DNA of 64,000 bases from Patescibacteria group bacterium (GTDB lineage: Bacteria > Patescibacteriota > Minisyncoccia > Phycocordibacterales > Phycocordibacteraceae), in assembly GCA_040388985.1 (NCBI GenBank), contig JAZKAU010000003.1:110896-174895 (forward strand), in the 5' to 3' direction. The notes under the pieces are model-generated. The model was not told where the DNA came from, ran no database searches, and saw only the letters and a list, made by a program, of their open reading frames with translations. Below are positions 18,801 through 33,800 of this stretch, in pieces. A program made the position numbers and the translations under genes. Each line of letters opens with the position of its first letter. Position 1 is the first letter of the stretch.

Positions 18801-21800
18801 TACCGATGCTGTACCACTATCAATATGGAGCTGAGTAGAGGGTGTCGTCGTCCCGATACCGACGAGACCTGCCTGAGTGATAGTTACTTTGTCAGTACCT
18901 GCGGTCTGCAAGCGAAGGTTCGCTGTTCCTCCTGCTGAGAACGTAGAGTTTATATATGCGCCACTCGCGTCTGCTCCGAGCTTAATGAGATTATTCCGGC
19001 CGGCCACAGCATCGTAGAGCGTCAACGTGCCTCCCGAACCGATAACGGTTGCAATGTTTCCATTTACATCAAGTTTGTTTGTAGGCGTCGTAGTACCAAT
19101 GCCGAAGTTTCCTGTCGAAGTGAGGTATGCCTGATAGCTAGTCGCGCCGGTAGCATATGCAGTATTCCCGCCCGTAAGTCCGATTCCTCCGAAAGCGCTT
19201 ACAGAAAGGTCACCCGTTGCCCCTGTGCTTTGACGTGTGAGCGAGAACATCCCCGAACCTGCTCCATTGTCTGCATAAATACCCTGCCCTACGCCTATTG
19301 CTGATAATCGCAAGTTACCGGCAGATACATTGAGCTTATCCGCAGGCGTCGTCGTCCCGATACCGACGAGACCTGCGCTTGAGATATACATCTGCGAAAC
19401 ATCGTTCATACGGAAATCGAGCGCCCCGCCGGTCGGCCTGTTAATGAACAGTGACGTACCCGCACTATAGAAGTTCGCACTCCCTGTCGCGAGCGAGCCG
19501 CTAAGCGATATGGCTCCGTAGGTGGAACCTCCTCCCCATTCTCCTATCGCTACGTTTCCTGTTCCTGATCCTTGAACTATGAGCTTGCTTCCAGGAGTAC
19601 TCGTCCCCACCCCCACATTCCCTGACGTATCGATCGTGAGACGCGTGGCGTTGTTGGTCTTGAACTGCAGGAGGTTCGAGTCGTTCGTACCGAGTACAGC
19701 CGTCGCCCCAAAGCTGTTCCCTCCCTGCTTGAAGTAGTTGGTGTCGAGTGCCAAGGATGAGGTGGAGACGGTGAGGACACCTCCTGAGTTGGTGAGACCC
19801 GTACCGAGGAGCGAGGTGAAGGTCGAGCCTCCCAGGGTAAAGTTCGTTGTCGTGAGCGATGTGGTCGTTGCAAGAGCAGCGGTGAGGTTTCCAAGAGTTG
19901 TAGCTCCTGAAACCGTAAGCGCAGTGAGGGTACCGACAGACGTGAGCGAAGAAGTAACAACATTAGAGGCAAGCGTGGTCCCGGTCAGCGTGCCCGCCGG
20001 AGCCACCACCGCGTTCGTGGAGACTGCGGTGATGAGGCCCTTGGCGTTGACCGTGAAGGTCGGGATGGCGGTGGATGAGCCGAAGGTGCCGGGGGTTCCG
20101 TTGACGGTGGCCAGCGTCGTGGCGATCGAGGTGGTGCCAGAACCGGTGACGTCACCCGTGAGAGTGATGGTCTGGTTGCCGGTGAGGTATGAGACGTTGG
20201 AGGCTGCGGTGACGAGGCCTTTGCCGTTCACCGTGACGTTGTTGAAGGTGCCCACGTTTCCGTTGACGGTGGCAAGCGTGAAGGCGGCTGAGCCGGGGCC
20301 TGTAGCGGTGCCGTCACCGGTGAGTGCGGTGATGTAGTTGCCGGAGGCCTGCTTCCCGTTGAACGTGATCCAGTCAGCTGCGGTGAGAAAGCCCTTGGAG
20401 GTAGAGGCGGCTGCCTGGCCGTTGGCGTAGTCAATTGAGATGTTGCCGGAAGAGGCGTCAAAGTCGTTAGCGTTGAAGGAGGCTGCACCCTTGGTTGAGC
20501 CGTCAGCGAGCGCGTTCGCGATACTGATGGTATTTGATGAGATAGAAAGCGGAAGAGTCGCGCTGGTGATGCGATTCTGATACGCAGTCTCCCAGTTCGT
20601 GGTGGAAGCAGTGAGCGGTATATTGTATCCACTCGTTAGAGAGAAGACACCTGTGCCTGAGGTATACGTGAGACCGGTAGCGGTTGAGGAGAAGAGACCG
20701 CGGACCGTAGAGGAGTCGAGCGTGAGCGCACCACCTGTGTTCAGGAGCCCGGTGCCAGTGAGGTCGGTAAAGGACTCGCCGTTCACGTTGATGCCGGAGG
20801 AGAATGTAGCGAGGCCGGTAGTGAGCGAGGTGCTACTCACGAGCAACGTGCCAGCGATGATGCCATTGCCACCGACCGTAAGAGCCTCCGATGCGGTAGT
20901 GGTGCCGATACCGAGATATCCGTTTCCATCGATGCGCGCACGCTCCACGCTACCTGTACTGAAAGCGATCACGTTCGCCGTCGGGTGTCCGATACCGGTA
21001 GACAGATCCCCGGTCCACGTATAGGAAGGAACGGAAGCTGACGAACCGATGGAACTCACGAGCTGGCGCGCGGTATTGATGCGCAATGCTTCCGTATTAT
21101 TCGTCTCGAAGACGAGCGCATTGCCGTCATTGGTGCCGAGCGTCGCGGTCGCTCCGAATGAATTACCATCTTGCTTGAAGTACGTGGTGTCGAGAGCGAG
21201 GGATGAAGTCGAGATGGTAGCGGTAAGCACGCCTCCCACATTGCTGAGCCCGCTGCCAAGCAAGCTCGTGAAGGTCGATCCGCCGAGCGTGAAGTTGGTG
21301 ACGCCGAGATTCGTGGAAGTGGCGCTGGTGAGGGTGGTGTTGCCGAGCGTAGTCTGGCCTGAGACCGTCAGGTTAGTCGTCGACGCATTCCCCAATGTGG
21401 TCTGACCCGACACCGTGAGACTCGTGAGCGTACCCACGCTCGTGAGTGAGGAGTTCACGATGTTAGAGGCAAGCGTGGTGCCGGTCAGCGTTCCTGCAGG
21501 AGCCACCACCGCGTTCGTGGAGACTGCAGTGATGAGGCCCTTGCCGTTGACCGTGAAGGTCGGGATGGCGGTGGAAGAGCCGAAGGTGCCGGGGGTTCCG
21601 TTGACGGTGGCCAGAGTGAAGGTTGCGGAGCCCGGGCCAGATGCTGTTCCGTCACCGGTGAGTGCGGTGATGTAGTTGCCTGCTGCGGCGAAGCCAAGTG
21701 TACTGGTACTCACCCATTGAATTCCTGTGCCGGTGGTTTGGAGGACTTGGCCGTTTGTTCCGCGGGTGCTATTTCCGTCGTATATGCCACCGCCGCTCAC

Positions 21801-24800
21801 TGAGAGGTCACCGACTACCGTGAGCTTTGCGAACGGGGTGGTGGTGCCGATGCCGAAGTTACCCGCAGACGTGAGCGTAGCACGTGTACCGCCATTCGCG
21901 CGGAAGATAAGGTTATTACCGTTGGAGCCAATACCTTGGCCGTTTGCAGCTGTAGAACCGCTGTCTGCGAGCATGAGGTATGAGAAGGTATCGGTTGATT
22001 GTATCTGCGCCAAGGCTTGTGCCGAACCATACACATGGAGTGCTGCTGACGGGCTCGTAGTACCAATACCGACGTTGCCACTTGAGGTATTGAACACAAC
22101 CTTGTCGGTACCATTCACATCAGCAATCGAGACAACGTTCGGTGCAAAATAACGGAACTGACCTCCAGAAACACCACTTGAAGATAGCTGTAAGAATGAA
22201 TCGTTTGCGGTACGATCGATGGTTATGCCGGCTTGGCTTCCCGCAATCGTAAGAAGTGAACCCGGAGTGGTAGTACCGATACCCACGTTGCCGTTATCGA
22301 GCACCTCAAAAGCATTTGTAGGCGTTCCATTTACGTCTGAGGCTATCCGGAATAGTGAGCGCCCCACCTCGGCCGCTTTTGAAGCGAAATAAACCATCGG
22401 CGCAGTAGGATCGGTCCAGCCATCTACCTTAAAGGAAGATGCGCCTGTAGAAGCTCGATATACCTCGAGATTTGAAGTTGGAGAGGTAGTACCGATACCG
22501 ACGTTGCCACTCGTATCGATGGTAAGTCGCGTGGTGTTGTTGGTCTTGAACTGCAGGAGGTTGCTGTCGATGGTACCGAGTACGGCTGTTGCACCAAATG
22601 AGTTTCCGTTCTGCTTGAAGTACGTACCATCAAGACCAAGCGCGTTTGACGTTGTGGCGACAGAAAGAGTTCCTGCAGCAAATGAAAGACCCGTACCAAC
22701 TGTTGCATTGCTGAAGCCACCCGTTCCATTTCCATACAGAAGGCTGTTGCCGGTGGTAGCACCTGCAAAGCCGAGGGTGCTGGTACTCACCCACTGAATT
22801 CCTGTGCCGGTGGTTTGGAGGACTTGGCCGGTGGTTCCGCGGGTTGCGTTGTTGTCATAGATTCCTCCTCCACTAATTGAGAGGTCACCGACGACTGTGA
22901 GCTTTGCAAAAGGAGTGGTGGTGCCGATGCCGACGTTACCAGCAGCAGTGATCCTGAGCCTCTCGGCTAGGGCGCCTGACGAATTCTGCGTTAAGAATGT
23001 AAGCGCTGTGGGTGCTGCAATGCCAGCGTAATCCGCACCGTCAGCGACGACGTTTATATTGGCGACTTCACGGTTGATCAAGGAAGAAGCATCGGAGGTG
23101 TAGAAACCGATCTTTGCGACCGTATCTCCATTTACTACGGCAGCGCTCGTATTGCCTATAGCAATCTGGTTCGAACCCGTTGCTCCAGCGATCGACAACA
23201 GAGATATCGGCGACGAGGTACCAATACCGACGTTGCCAGCACCAGTTATACGCAGCTTCTCTGTAGACGCAGAAGCCCCAAGACCACTATTGGTGTAGAA
23301 GGCCAGGTTGCCTGTGCTACCAGCAGCATCTGTTACGCCAGCAATGCGTGCGTAGGCATTAGCCGCCGCTCCAGCGTTAGCTGAACCGGCGTACCAGTCG
23401 ATTGAGTGCCCCGCATTCACGGCACTTATTCCTCCTTCTATGCGTAGCGCCCCTGATACCGTACTTACAGAGCCATTGTTTATATCAAGCTTAGCTGCAG
23501 GAGTCGTTGTGCCGATACCGACGTTGCCACCCGTCTTTAGAGTAAGCAGGTCACCAACTCCCTGCTGGTCGTAGAAACGCAGGTCGCCAGAGCTTGCTGG
23601 GTTATAGATATTCCAATACGAAATATTATCCTTTGCGAAGCTGAGCGTCTTTGCCGCTGAAGCTGGGCCATCGATCCTGATTACCGGAGTCGCTGCATAG
23701 ACATGCAGCGTTGTACCTGGTGATGTGGTGCCAATCCCGACGTTGCCCGCACTCGTGACAGAGAGCCGTGTCGTATTGCCCGTGATGAGATTCAGCTGGT
23801 TGCTGTCGATAGTACCGAGCGTCGCCGTCGCCCCGAATGAGTTGCCTCCTTGTTTGAAGTAGGTGGTGTCGAGTGCGAGTGACGAGGTCGAGACGCTGAG
23901 AACTCCTGCAGTATTGGTAAGTCCCGTGCCAAGGAGCGAGGTGAAGGTTGAGCCGCCGAGAGTGAAGTTCGTTGTCGTGAGTGATGTAGTCGTTGCGAGA
24001 GCAGCGGTGAGGTTTCCAAGAGTGGTTGCGCCAGAGACCGTAAGCGCCGTAAGGGTACCGACCGAGGTAAGGGAGGAGTTCACGACGTTAGACGCAAGCG
24101 TCGTACCCGTGAGCGTTCCTGCAGGAGCCACCACCGCCACTGAGCCTGCTGCGGTGATGAGGCCCTTGGCGTTGACGGTGAAGGTCGGGATGGCGGTGGA
24201 TGAGCCGAAGGAGCCTGGGGTTGCGTTGACAGTGGCGAGGGTGAAAGTTGCGGAGCCCGGGCCTGTGGCGGTGCCGTCACCCGTGAGTGCGGTGATGTAG
24301 TTGCCTTGAGCCTGGTACTGAGGGATGTTGAGGACGTTTGCAGTGAGGGTGGCGGCTCCAGAGGTACCGGTGGTGGTGAGTGAGGTGATCCTGTTCTGGT
24401 ATGCGGCCTCCCAGTTAGTGGTGGAGGCGGTGAGCGGGATGGTGTATCCAGCGGTTAAGGAGAAGACACCGGTACCTGCGGTGTAGGTGAGGCCGGTCGC
24501 CGTGCTTGAGAACAGGCCGCGTGCAGTCGTCGCGAAGTCAGAGATAGTCGCAGCAAGCTGCGTACCTGTGTGGTTCGCGCGGTTGAGGTAGTAGGTGCCG
24601 TCCTGGCCGTCGAGGAGGTCGGCGTTGAAACCGGAGCCGCTTCCGGAGAAGGAGGTGGTCGAGACCGACAGAGCTCCGCCGGTATTCACGAGACCGAAGC
24701 CGGTGAGGTCGGTGAGGTAGTCGCTCCCTACGCCAAGCGTAGTCGCATACAGCGAGGTAGTGGTCGCGTTCGCAGCCGTGAGGTTGCCGGTCGCGGATAT

Positions 24801-27800
24801 ATTGCCGCCAAGCGACAGGTTACCCGAGAGGATTCCGTTGCCTACGACGGTTAGCGCCTCCGCAGGCGTTGAGCTTCCGATCCCGAAGAATCCGTTGCCG
24901 TCGATATAGGCACGGCCGACGCCGCCGGTAGCGAATCCGATCAGATTAGAGCCTGCGTGATAGAGGCCGGTCGTAGCGTCCCCTGCGAACGAGAAGCCTG
25001 GCGCGCCTACCGAATCGCTTGCACGGAATTGCGGAGCGGTAACGGCGCCTCCGGTAAGCGCGAGATTCGTACCATTATAGGTAAGCGCCGAGCCCGACGT
25101 GATGCTCGTACCATTGAAGTACGTCACGCCGTTCGTCGTCTGGGACGCGGCATTGGTGCCTCCGTTCGCGATACCAAGCGTACCGGCAAGCGTAAGCGTG
25201 CCCGAAGTGGTGATGGGACCGCCGCTGAAGGTGAGGCCCGTGGTGCCTCCCGAAGCGTCTACGGAAGTTACCGTTCCGCTCGTGAATCCGAGCGTACTAG
25301 TACTCACCCACTGTATGCCCGTGCCGGTGGTTTGGAGGACTTGGCCGTTGGTTCCTGCATTGGTGTTTCCTGCGTACAGGGCTCCGGTGAGACCGAGGTC
25401 GCCTGCGATGGTGAGGGTGCGGCCGGGGGTGGTGGTAGCGATGCCGATCTTCCCTGTCGCTGAAAGGAAGATGGTCGATGTCGCTGTCAGTGTGTTCGTG
25501 CCGTTGTAGTACGGGAACTGACCGGCAGTACCCCCAACCGCAGTCACGGCCGAAGCGCCGTTACCCTGAAGCAGGCCGGAGAGGCTGGAGAAGATAGGAG
25601 CGTTAGTGAACGTCTGGGTGCCTCCCCAAGTATTACTGGTGGTGGTACCGGCATAGAGAGGTATGTTCAAGACGTTGGCGGAAAGAGTTGCGGCTCCGGT
25701 ACCGGTGGTGGTCAGGCTCGTGATGCGGTTTGTATACGCAGTCTGCCAGTCAGTCGTGCTTGCAGTCAGAGGGATGGTGTACCCGCTCGTGAGTGAGAAG
25801 ACGCCGGTGCCTGCGGTATACGTGAGGCCGGTGGCGGTTGAAGAGAAGAGGCCGCGGACCGTAGTGGAGTCGAGGGTAAGCGCACCACCGGTGTTCACGA
25901 GACCCGTACCGGTGAGATCGGTGAAGGACTCGGAGTTAATGCCCAGAGTAGTGGTGTAGAGAGAGGTGGAGGTGGCGTTCGCAAGCGTGGTGTTGCCAAG
26001 CGTGGTGGCACCTGAGACCGTCAGGTTAGTCGTCGACGCATTCCCCAATGTGGTCTGACCCGACACCGTGAGACTCGTGAGCGTACCCACGCTCGTGAGT
26101 GAGGAGTTCACGATGTTAGAGGCAAGCGTGGTGCCGGTCAGCGTTCCTGCAGGAGCCACCACCGCGTTCGTGGAGACTGCAGTGATGAGGCCCTTGCCGT
26201 TGACCGTGAAGGTCGGGATGGCGGTGGAAGAGCCGAAGGTGCCGGGGGTTCCGTTGACGGTGGCCAGAGTGAAGGTTGCGGAGCCCGGGCCAGATGCTGT
26301 TCCGTCACCGGTGAGTGCGGTGATGTAGTTGCCGGATGCTTGGAAGCCCAGGGTACTGGTGCTCACCCACTGTATGCCCGTGCCGGTGGTTTGGAGGACT
26401 TGGCCGTTTGTGCCTGCTGAGGTGTTGCCGGCAAAGAGGGCGCCGGTGAGACCGAGGTCGCCTGCGATGGTGAGGGTGCGGCCGGGGGTGGTGGTGGCGA
26501 TGCCGATGTTTCCGGTCGTATCAATTACCAACTGTGCCGTGAGTGCTCCCACCGGGCTAAATATCGCCTTTCCGTTGTGCTGAAGATATGTGTTGCCGTC
26601 AGAGAACGGATAGATATTGAACTGGTTCGCGCCGGTATTGTTGTACGCAAAGGTTGCCGCAGGAATCCCGTTATTCGTACTCTGAACGCTCAGGATAGAG
26701 CTCGGTGACGACGTACCGATGCCGATGTTACCCGTCGATATCGTTGCGCCCGTGCCTGAAAGGCCGGTTCCGTATATGAGGTTACCGATGTTGAGCTGAT
26801 TGCTTGCCGTCGAGCTTGCAACAGCGACATCGTTACCGATTGAGATATTATTTGAACCGGTCGTCACTTGATTCAGTGATGCGGTAATAGTGCTGTTGCC
26901 AAGGAATACGTTGCGCGCACCTGTCGTGATACTGCGACCAGACTGGTAACCGATGAGGGTATTGAAGTCGGAACCGGTATCAAGGCTCATACCAGCCTGG
27001 AAACCAACGAAAGCACCGCCCTGGTTTGAGTATCCTACAGCTCCAAGTCCTGCGCGCGCGCCAATCGCTACCGTAGTCGTTGCTGAAATATTATTCTGTA
27101 GCGCAGATGAGCCGATAGCAGTCGCACTGATGCCGGTAGAGCTCAGCAGAGCCGCTGAACCGATAGCCGTATTGCCTGAGGAAACGGTGTTTGCAAAGAG
27201 CGCTTCGTATCCAATACCGACATTGTTGTTGCCAGTCGTATTCGCAAGGAGTGCGAGGGATCCAATACCGACGTTAGTTACGCCCGTCGTATTACTCTGC
27301 AGGGCTTGCGAACCGATAGCCGTGTTTGCATTCCCCGAAGTATTGGCGCGAAGCGCGAAGAAACCGATTGCGGTGTTATCGCTAGACGATGTCGCAGTAA
27401 AGAGCGCCTGGTGTCCGAGAGCAGTGATATGGGTTGCAGTCGTTATTGAGGCGCCGGCAGAAATACCCACGAGGAGGTTATTAAGCGTCGACGAAGCAGT
27501 AAGAATCGTCGAACCGGCCTGCTTATAGCCGCTGTACTGGTCGGTGTTTATAAATCCTGCAACATCGAGCTTATAGAGAGGGCTTGTAGTCCCAATGCCG
27601 ACGTTGCCGCCGGGAAGGACAGTTACGTAGGATGAGAGGCCGCTCGTAGTTCCCTTATTCGCAGCACCCTGTCCATATATCGTGAATGCGTTGGCAGCAT
27701 TGAACACAAGCCCCGTTCCACCGGATGTCGCAATGGTGGACGTATAGTTACCACCCGGTCCTTCAACGAGACTGACGGCACTCGAACCTGCAGAATAAAT

Positions 27801-30800
27801 GTGAAGTATCGAAAGGGGTGATGTAGTGCCAATCCCCACATTCCCTCCACTCGTAATAGAGAGGCGTGTCGCATTGCCCGTGATGAGGTTCAGCTGATTG
27901 CTGTCGATGGTGCCGAGCGTCGCCGTCGCCCCGAATGAGTTGCCTCCTTGTTTGAAGTAGGTGGTGTCGAGTGCGAGGGATGATGTTGATACGGTGAGAG
28001 TACCACCAACGTTGCTGAGTCCCGTACCAAGGAGCGAGGTGAATGTTGAACCACCGAGAGTGAAGTTTGTGACGCCGAAGTTAGTAGAGGTGGCGTTCGT
28101 CGTCGTACCGCTGGTTGCAGTGAAAGTAGAGAGTGAAGTAGCTCCTGAAACCGTAAGCGCAGTGAGCGTACCGACAGACGTGAGTGAAGATGAAACAACA
28201 TTGCTTGCAAGTGTCGTGCCGCTAAGTGTTCCTGCTGGAGCCACCACCGCGTTCGTGGAGACTGCGGTGATGAGGCCCTTGCCGTTGACGGTGAAGGTCG
28301 GGACTGAGCTGGCACCTCCGAAGATACCCACGTTGGTGTTGACTGTGGCCAGGGTAAAGGCGGCTGAGCCCGGGCCAGATGCTGTGCCGTCACCCGTGAG
28401 TGCAGTGATGTAGTTGCCTGAGGCTTGGAAGCCGAGGGTTGAGGTGGCGACCCATTGTATGCCGGTGCCGGTGGTTTGGAGGACTTGGCCGTTTGTTCCG
28501 CGGGTGCTATTTCCGTCGTATATGCCGCCGCCGCTCACTGAGAGGTCACCGACCAGAGTGAGCTTTGCAAACGGGGTGGTGGTACCGATGCCGATGTTGC
28601 CCGAACTATTAATCGTCATCTGCTGTGCACCGCTGGTATTGAAACGTATCACGCCGTTACCAACGGTAATGGAGTTGTTAGAGGTGTAGGAAAGTATTGA
28701 ACCACCCGCATTACTAAGACTAAGAGATGGATTAATTGTATCGCCATACAAGAATCCTCCTGTTGAAAGAGCGATGTTGCCCGCTACGTCTAGCTTCTGG
28801 CTTGGAGTGGTGGTGCCGATGCCGACATTGCCATTATCAAGAATTGTAAACAATGCTGTATCCAAAGAGTTTGTGGTCTGGAAGTTTGTAGTAGCCGACG
28901 TGTTTCCAAGACCTTTTACAGTAAGACGTGCGAACGGCGACGTAGAGCCAATACCTACCTGTCCACCTGTGAGGAAACTCATTATTTCGGTTTGCGTACC
29001 GTTAGAGGCTGTTCCCGTAATCGAACCTCGATAGAGACCGCCCGAGTTAGATCGAATTCCATATCGTATAGCATCTTGTGCTACCGCTGATCTAGAGAAA
29101 CTGATTCCTTGATCTACGTTAATTGCACTCGGAACACCGACTGTTAGAAGGTAGTTAGGAGTAGTTGTCGCAATACCGACGTTGCCTGTAGTTGAAATCC
29201 AAAGCGCAGAAGAGGTGGACGTAGGACTGATCGACGAGCCGCCCAGACCAGGTGTAAAGCCGATGCCACCAAATGCTGCTATCTGTAGTGAGGCAGAGGA
29301 AACGTCATCCTTGCGTGAGAATCCGAATAGTCCAGAACCGTTGACTGGATTAACAGCGCTAATAAGCGGTGATGCAGAACTTATGCGGAGATTACCCGCC
29401 ACATCAAGTTTATCGCTTGGCGTGCTGGTACCAACTCCCACATTCCCTCCACTCGTGACAGAGAGGCGCGTCGCATTGGCCGTGATGAGATTCAGCTGAT
29501 TAGCGTCGATAGTACCCAGAGTAGCGGTTGCACCGAAGCTGTTCCCTCCTTGCTTGAAGTACGTGGTGTCGAGTGCCAAGGATGAGGTGGAGACGGTGAG
29601 GACGCCTCCTGAGTTGGTGAGACCCGTACCAAGGAGCGAGGTGAAGGTCGAACCACCGAGCGTGAAGTTAGTGACACCGAGGTTGGTGGAGGTGGCGTTC
29701 GCGAGACTTGTATTCCCTGAGACCGTGAGACTCGTGAGCGTACCAACACTAGTGAGTGAGGAGTTCACGACGTTAGACGCAAGCGTGGTGCCGGTCAGCG
29801 TTCCTGCAGGAGCAACCACCGCGTTGGTTGAGACTGCGGTGATGAGGCCCTTGCCGTTCACCGTGAAGGTCGGGATGGCGGTGGATGAGCCGAAGGTGCC
29901 GGGGGTTCCGTTGACGGTGGCCAGCGTCGTGGCGATCGAGGTGGTGCCAGAACCGGTGACGTCACCCGTGAGAGTGATGGTCTGGTTGCCGGTGAGGTAT
30001 GCGTTGGTGTCGACCGAAAGAACACCTGAGGAATCCGTCTTAACGAAGCCTGCGGTCGCGAGATTTGAGAGCGTAGTGATGTTCTGAGAAGTGTTTACGT
30101 TGAAGCTGCCTGCGGAATACGTGAGGCCGGTGCCTGCGGTGGTGGTAGCGACCCACGTCGGAATGCCGGCGACAAGCGCGAGGACCTGGCCGTTAGATCC
30201 GGGAGTCGTCGTCGCAAGCGCTGACGAACCATTTCCATAAAGGACGGCTCCAGAAGTGATAGTGGACCAGCCGGTGCCGCCATTTGTCACTGGCAAGACG
30301 CCCGAGACCTCGGAGCCAAGAAGTACGTTGCTTGCTCCGACGACACCGCTTGAGGCGTGAAGGACGCCAGTCAAAGAGCCGAGGGTGACCGTACCTGCGG
30401 TAGTGATGCCGCCACTAAAGGTCTGGAGAGCGCTCCAAGAATTGGCGCTCGTCGTGCTCACGATGAGCGGGATGTTGAGGACGTTTCCGGTAAGCGTTGC
30501 CAGGCCGCCTGAGCCGTTCGTGGTAAGAGACGTAATTCTATTGGCATACGCAGTCTGCCAGTCAGTCGTGCTTGCGGTCAAAGGAATGGTGTAGCCGCTC
30601 GTAAGGCTGAAGACGCCGGTGCCTGCGGTATAGGTAAGGCCGGTGGCGGTTGAGGAGAAGAGGCCGCGTGCGGTTGTGCTGAAGTCGCTGATGGTTGAAG
30701 CAAGCTGCGTACCGGTGTGGTTCGCGCGGTCGAGGTAGTAGGTGGAGTCCTGGCCGTCGAGGAGGTCTGCGTTGAAGCCTGAGCCGCTTCCGGAGAAGGA

Positions 30801-33800
30801 GGAGGTCGCGACGGAGAGGGTGCCGGTGGTGAGCGTAAGGCCGGTGCCCAGCGTGACGGAAGAGAGCTGCTTGGCGCCATTAGCGTAGGTAAGAGTATTT
30901 GCCGTAAGGCCGTTGTCGATAAGCTGGCCGAACGTACCCGTACCTGAAATGAGCGCATTGCCGCCTACTGAGAGCGCTGCCGAAGGACTCGTCGTCGCGA
31001 TGCCGAGCCTCGTCGAGATATACTCCTGTCCACTCACTTCGAAGATGCTGTTAGTGGTCGAGGTCGCATTCGTCCCCACGAGGAGTACGTTCGAAGTATC
31101 GATAGGGTAGATCAGATTTGTAGACGTAGCGAAGACGCCGTCGCCGCTGCCGCCGGCTCCTATCGTCTGATCGATTCCCCAAGCCGGGAATCCAGCCTGC
31201 ACTTTCAGCACCTGCCCGGAAGAACCGACCGGAAGCTTCGCGAGGACCCCGCTGTTATCGGCATAGAGGATATCGCCGGGACTATAGCTCGCGAAGCCGG
31301 TGCCTCCGTTTGCGCTCGGGAGCGTGCTCGTCACGTCGGTCGAGAGATCGATGAGCGCGGTTCCCACCGTTCCGGCAGTAGCCTTGAGGAAGCCGGACAA
31401 AGAACCGATGCTGAGCGAATTCACGTTCGCAGCCCCGGTGGTCGTGAGACTCGCCGCTGATACCGAGCCTGAGATTGCGGCGTTGCCCGCAACCGTAAGA
31501 CGTTCCGGAGGCGAGGTGGTGCCGATGCCGAAATTCCCGTTGGTAAGGAACGTTGCGACCGTCGCATTACTCGTAATGATATTGAGCGGATTGACGTCCG
31601 TAGTGCCGAACCTTGCCGTCGTACCGAAGGCATTTCCTCCCTGCTTGAAGTACGTGGTGTCGATCGCAAGCGATGAGGTGGAGACGTTGAGCGTGTTCCC
31701 TGTCCAGGTTAGGCCCGTACCTGCGGTGATGCGGGTGGAGGGAGTCTGGTAGAAGGAGTCCCAGTTGGTGGTGGAGGCGGTGAGCGGAATGGTAAAGCCG
31801 GGAGCCACCGAGAGCGTGCCCGCGCTGAAGGCAAGCGGTGAAGAGACGGTGGCAGCACCCACAGTCCCGTTATTTCCATACAAGAGACCTGAGAGTGAGC
31901 CGATGGTGAGATTAGTCGTCGACGCATTCCCCAATGTGGTCTGGCCAGAGACCGTGAGACTCGTGAGCGTGCCAACACTAGTGAGTGAGGAGTTCACGAC
32001 GTTGCTTGCGAGCGTCGTACCCGTGAGCGTTCCTGCCGGAGCCACCACCGCGTTCGTGGAGACTGCGGTGATGAGGCCCTTGGCGTTGACGGTGAAGGTC
32101 GGGATGGCGGTGGATGAGCCGAAGGAGCCTGGGGTTGCGTTGACAGTGGCGAGGGTGAAAGTTGCGGAGCCCGGGCCTGTGGCGGTGCCGTCACCCGTGA
32201 GTGCGGTGATGTAGTTGCCGGATGCTTGGAAGCCCAGGGTACTGGTGCTCACCCACTGTATGCCCGTGCCGGTGGTTTGGAGGACTTGGCCGTTTGTGCC
32301 TGCTGAGGTGTTGCCGGCAAAGAGGGCGCCGGTGAGACCGAGGTCGCCTGCGATGGTGAGGGTGCGGCCGGGGGTGGTGGTGGCGATGCCGATGTTGCCG
32401 CCAAGGAACACTCCGGCTGGCCCGCTACCGTTCTGCTGTATCAGGAACGCAGTACCGGACGAAGTTGATGATGCAGAGAGTTGAGCTGAAGGAGTTGTTG
32501 TCCCGACGCCAAAGAATCCGGTAGCAGCATCGAATCTAGCCATTTCGGACGGCGTAGCACCAAATCCATAGAATGAGATGTTTCTCCCTGCACTTGCACT
32601 CGTATTGATAATGCGTAGGTTTGTTTGATTCGCCTGTAAGTACGCAGTATTAGCGGTTACTCCAACAGTATTAGCGGTATATGCCGTTCCGACTGAACCA
32701 AGTGTAATTCCTACACCGGCTGCGCTCTGTGCCGTAATCACCGGACCCGAGTTTGTACCGTTCAAGAAGTTCATTACTAGAATTCCCCTTTGAGAGTTTG
32801 CTGCTAGAGAGATACCTAAGCCATGTCCTGAAAGCGTCGTCGTACCTATCCCGACACCCGTGGTGGTAAAGATGTCACCGCTTACAGAAAATAGAGACTG
32901 CGGCGTACTCGTCCCCACCCCCACGTTCCCTGACGTGTCGATCGTGAGACGCGTGGCGTTGTTGGTCTTAAGCTGAAGAGCGTTGTTGTCGATGGTACCG
33001 AGTACAGCCGTAGTACCGAACGAGTTCCCGTTCTGCTTGAAGTACGTAGTGTCGAGCGCAAGTGATGAGGTGGAGACGTTGAGCGTGTTCCCTGTCCAGG
33101 TTAGGCCCGTACCTGCGGTGATGCGGGTGGAGGGAGTCTGATAGAAGGAGTCCCAATTAGTCGTGCTTGCAGTCAGAGGAATGGTGTATCCGCTCGTGAG
33201 CGAGAACACGCCGGTGCCTGCGGTATAGGTGAGGCCGGTGGCGGTTGAGGAGAAGAGGCCGCGGACCGTAGTGGAGTCTAGGGTGAGCGCACCACCGGGG
33301 TTCAGGAGTCCGGAGCCGAGCAGGCTCGTGAAGGTCGAACCCCCCAGCGTGAAGTTAGTGACACCGAGGTTGGTGGAGGTGGCGTTCGCAAGCGTGGTGT
33401 TGCCAGACACCGTGAGACTCGTGAGGGTACCCACGCTCGTGAGTGAGGAAGAGACCACGTTGCTGGCAAGCGTGGTACCCGTGAGCGTTCCTGCAGGAGC
33501 CACCACGGCGTTCGTGGAGACTGCAGTGATGAGGCCCTTGCCGTTGACCGTGAAGGTCGGGATGGCGGTGGAAGAGCCGAAGGTGCCGGGGGTTCCGTTG
33601 ACGGTGGCCAGCGTCGTGGCGATCGAGGTGGTGCCAGAACCGGTGACGTCACCCGTGAGAGTGATGGTCTGGTTGCCGGTGAGGTATGAGACGTTGGAGG
33701 CTGCGGTGACGAGGCCTTTGCCGTTCACCGTGACGTTGTTGAAGGTGCCCACGTTTCCGTTGACGGTGGCAAGCGTGAAGGCGGCTGAGCCCGGGCCTGT

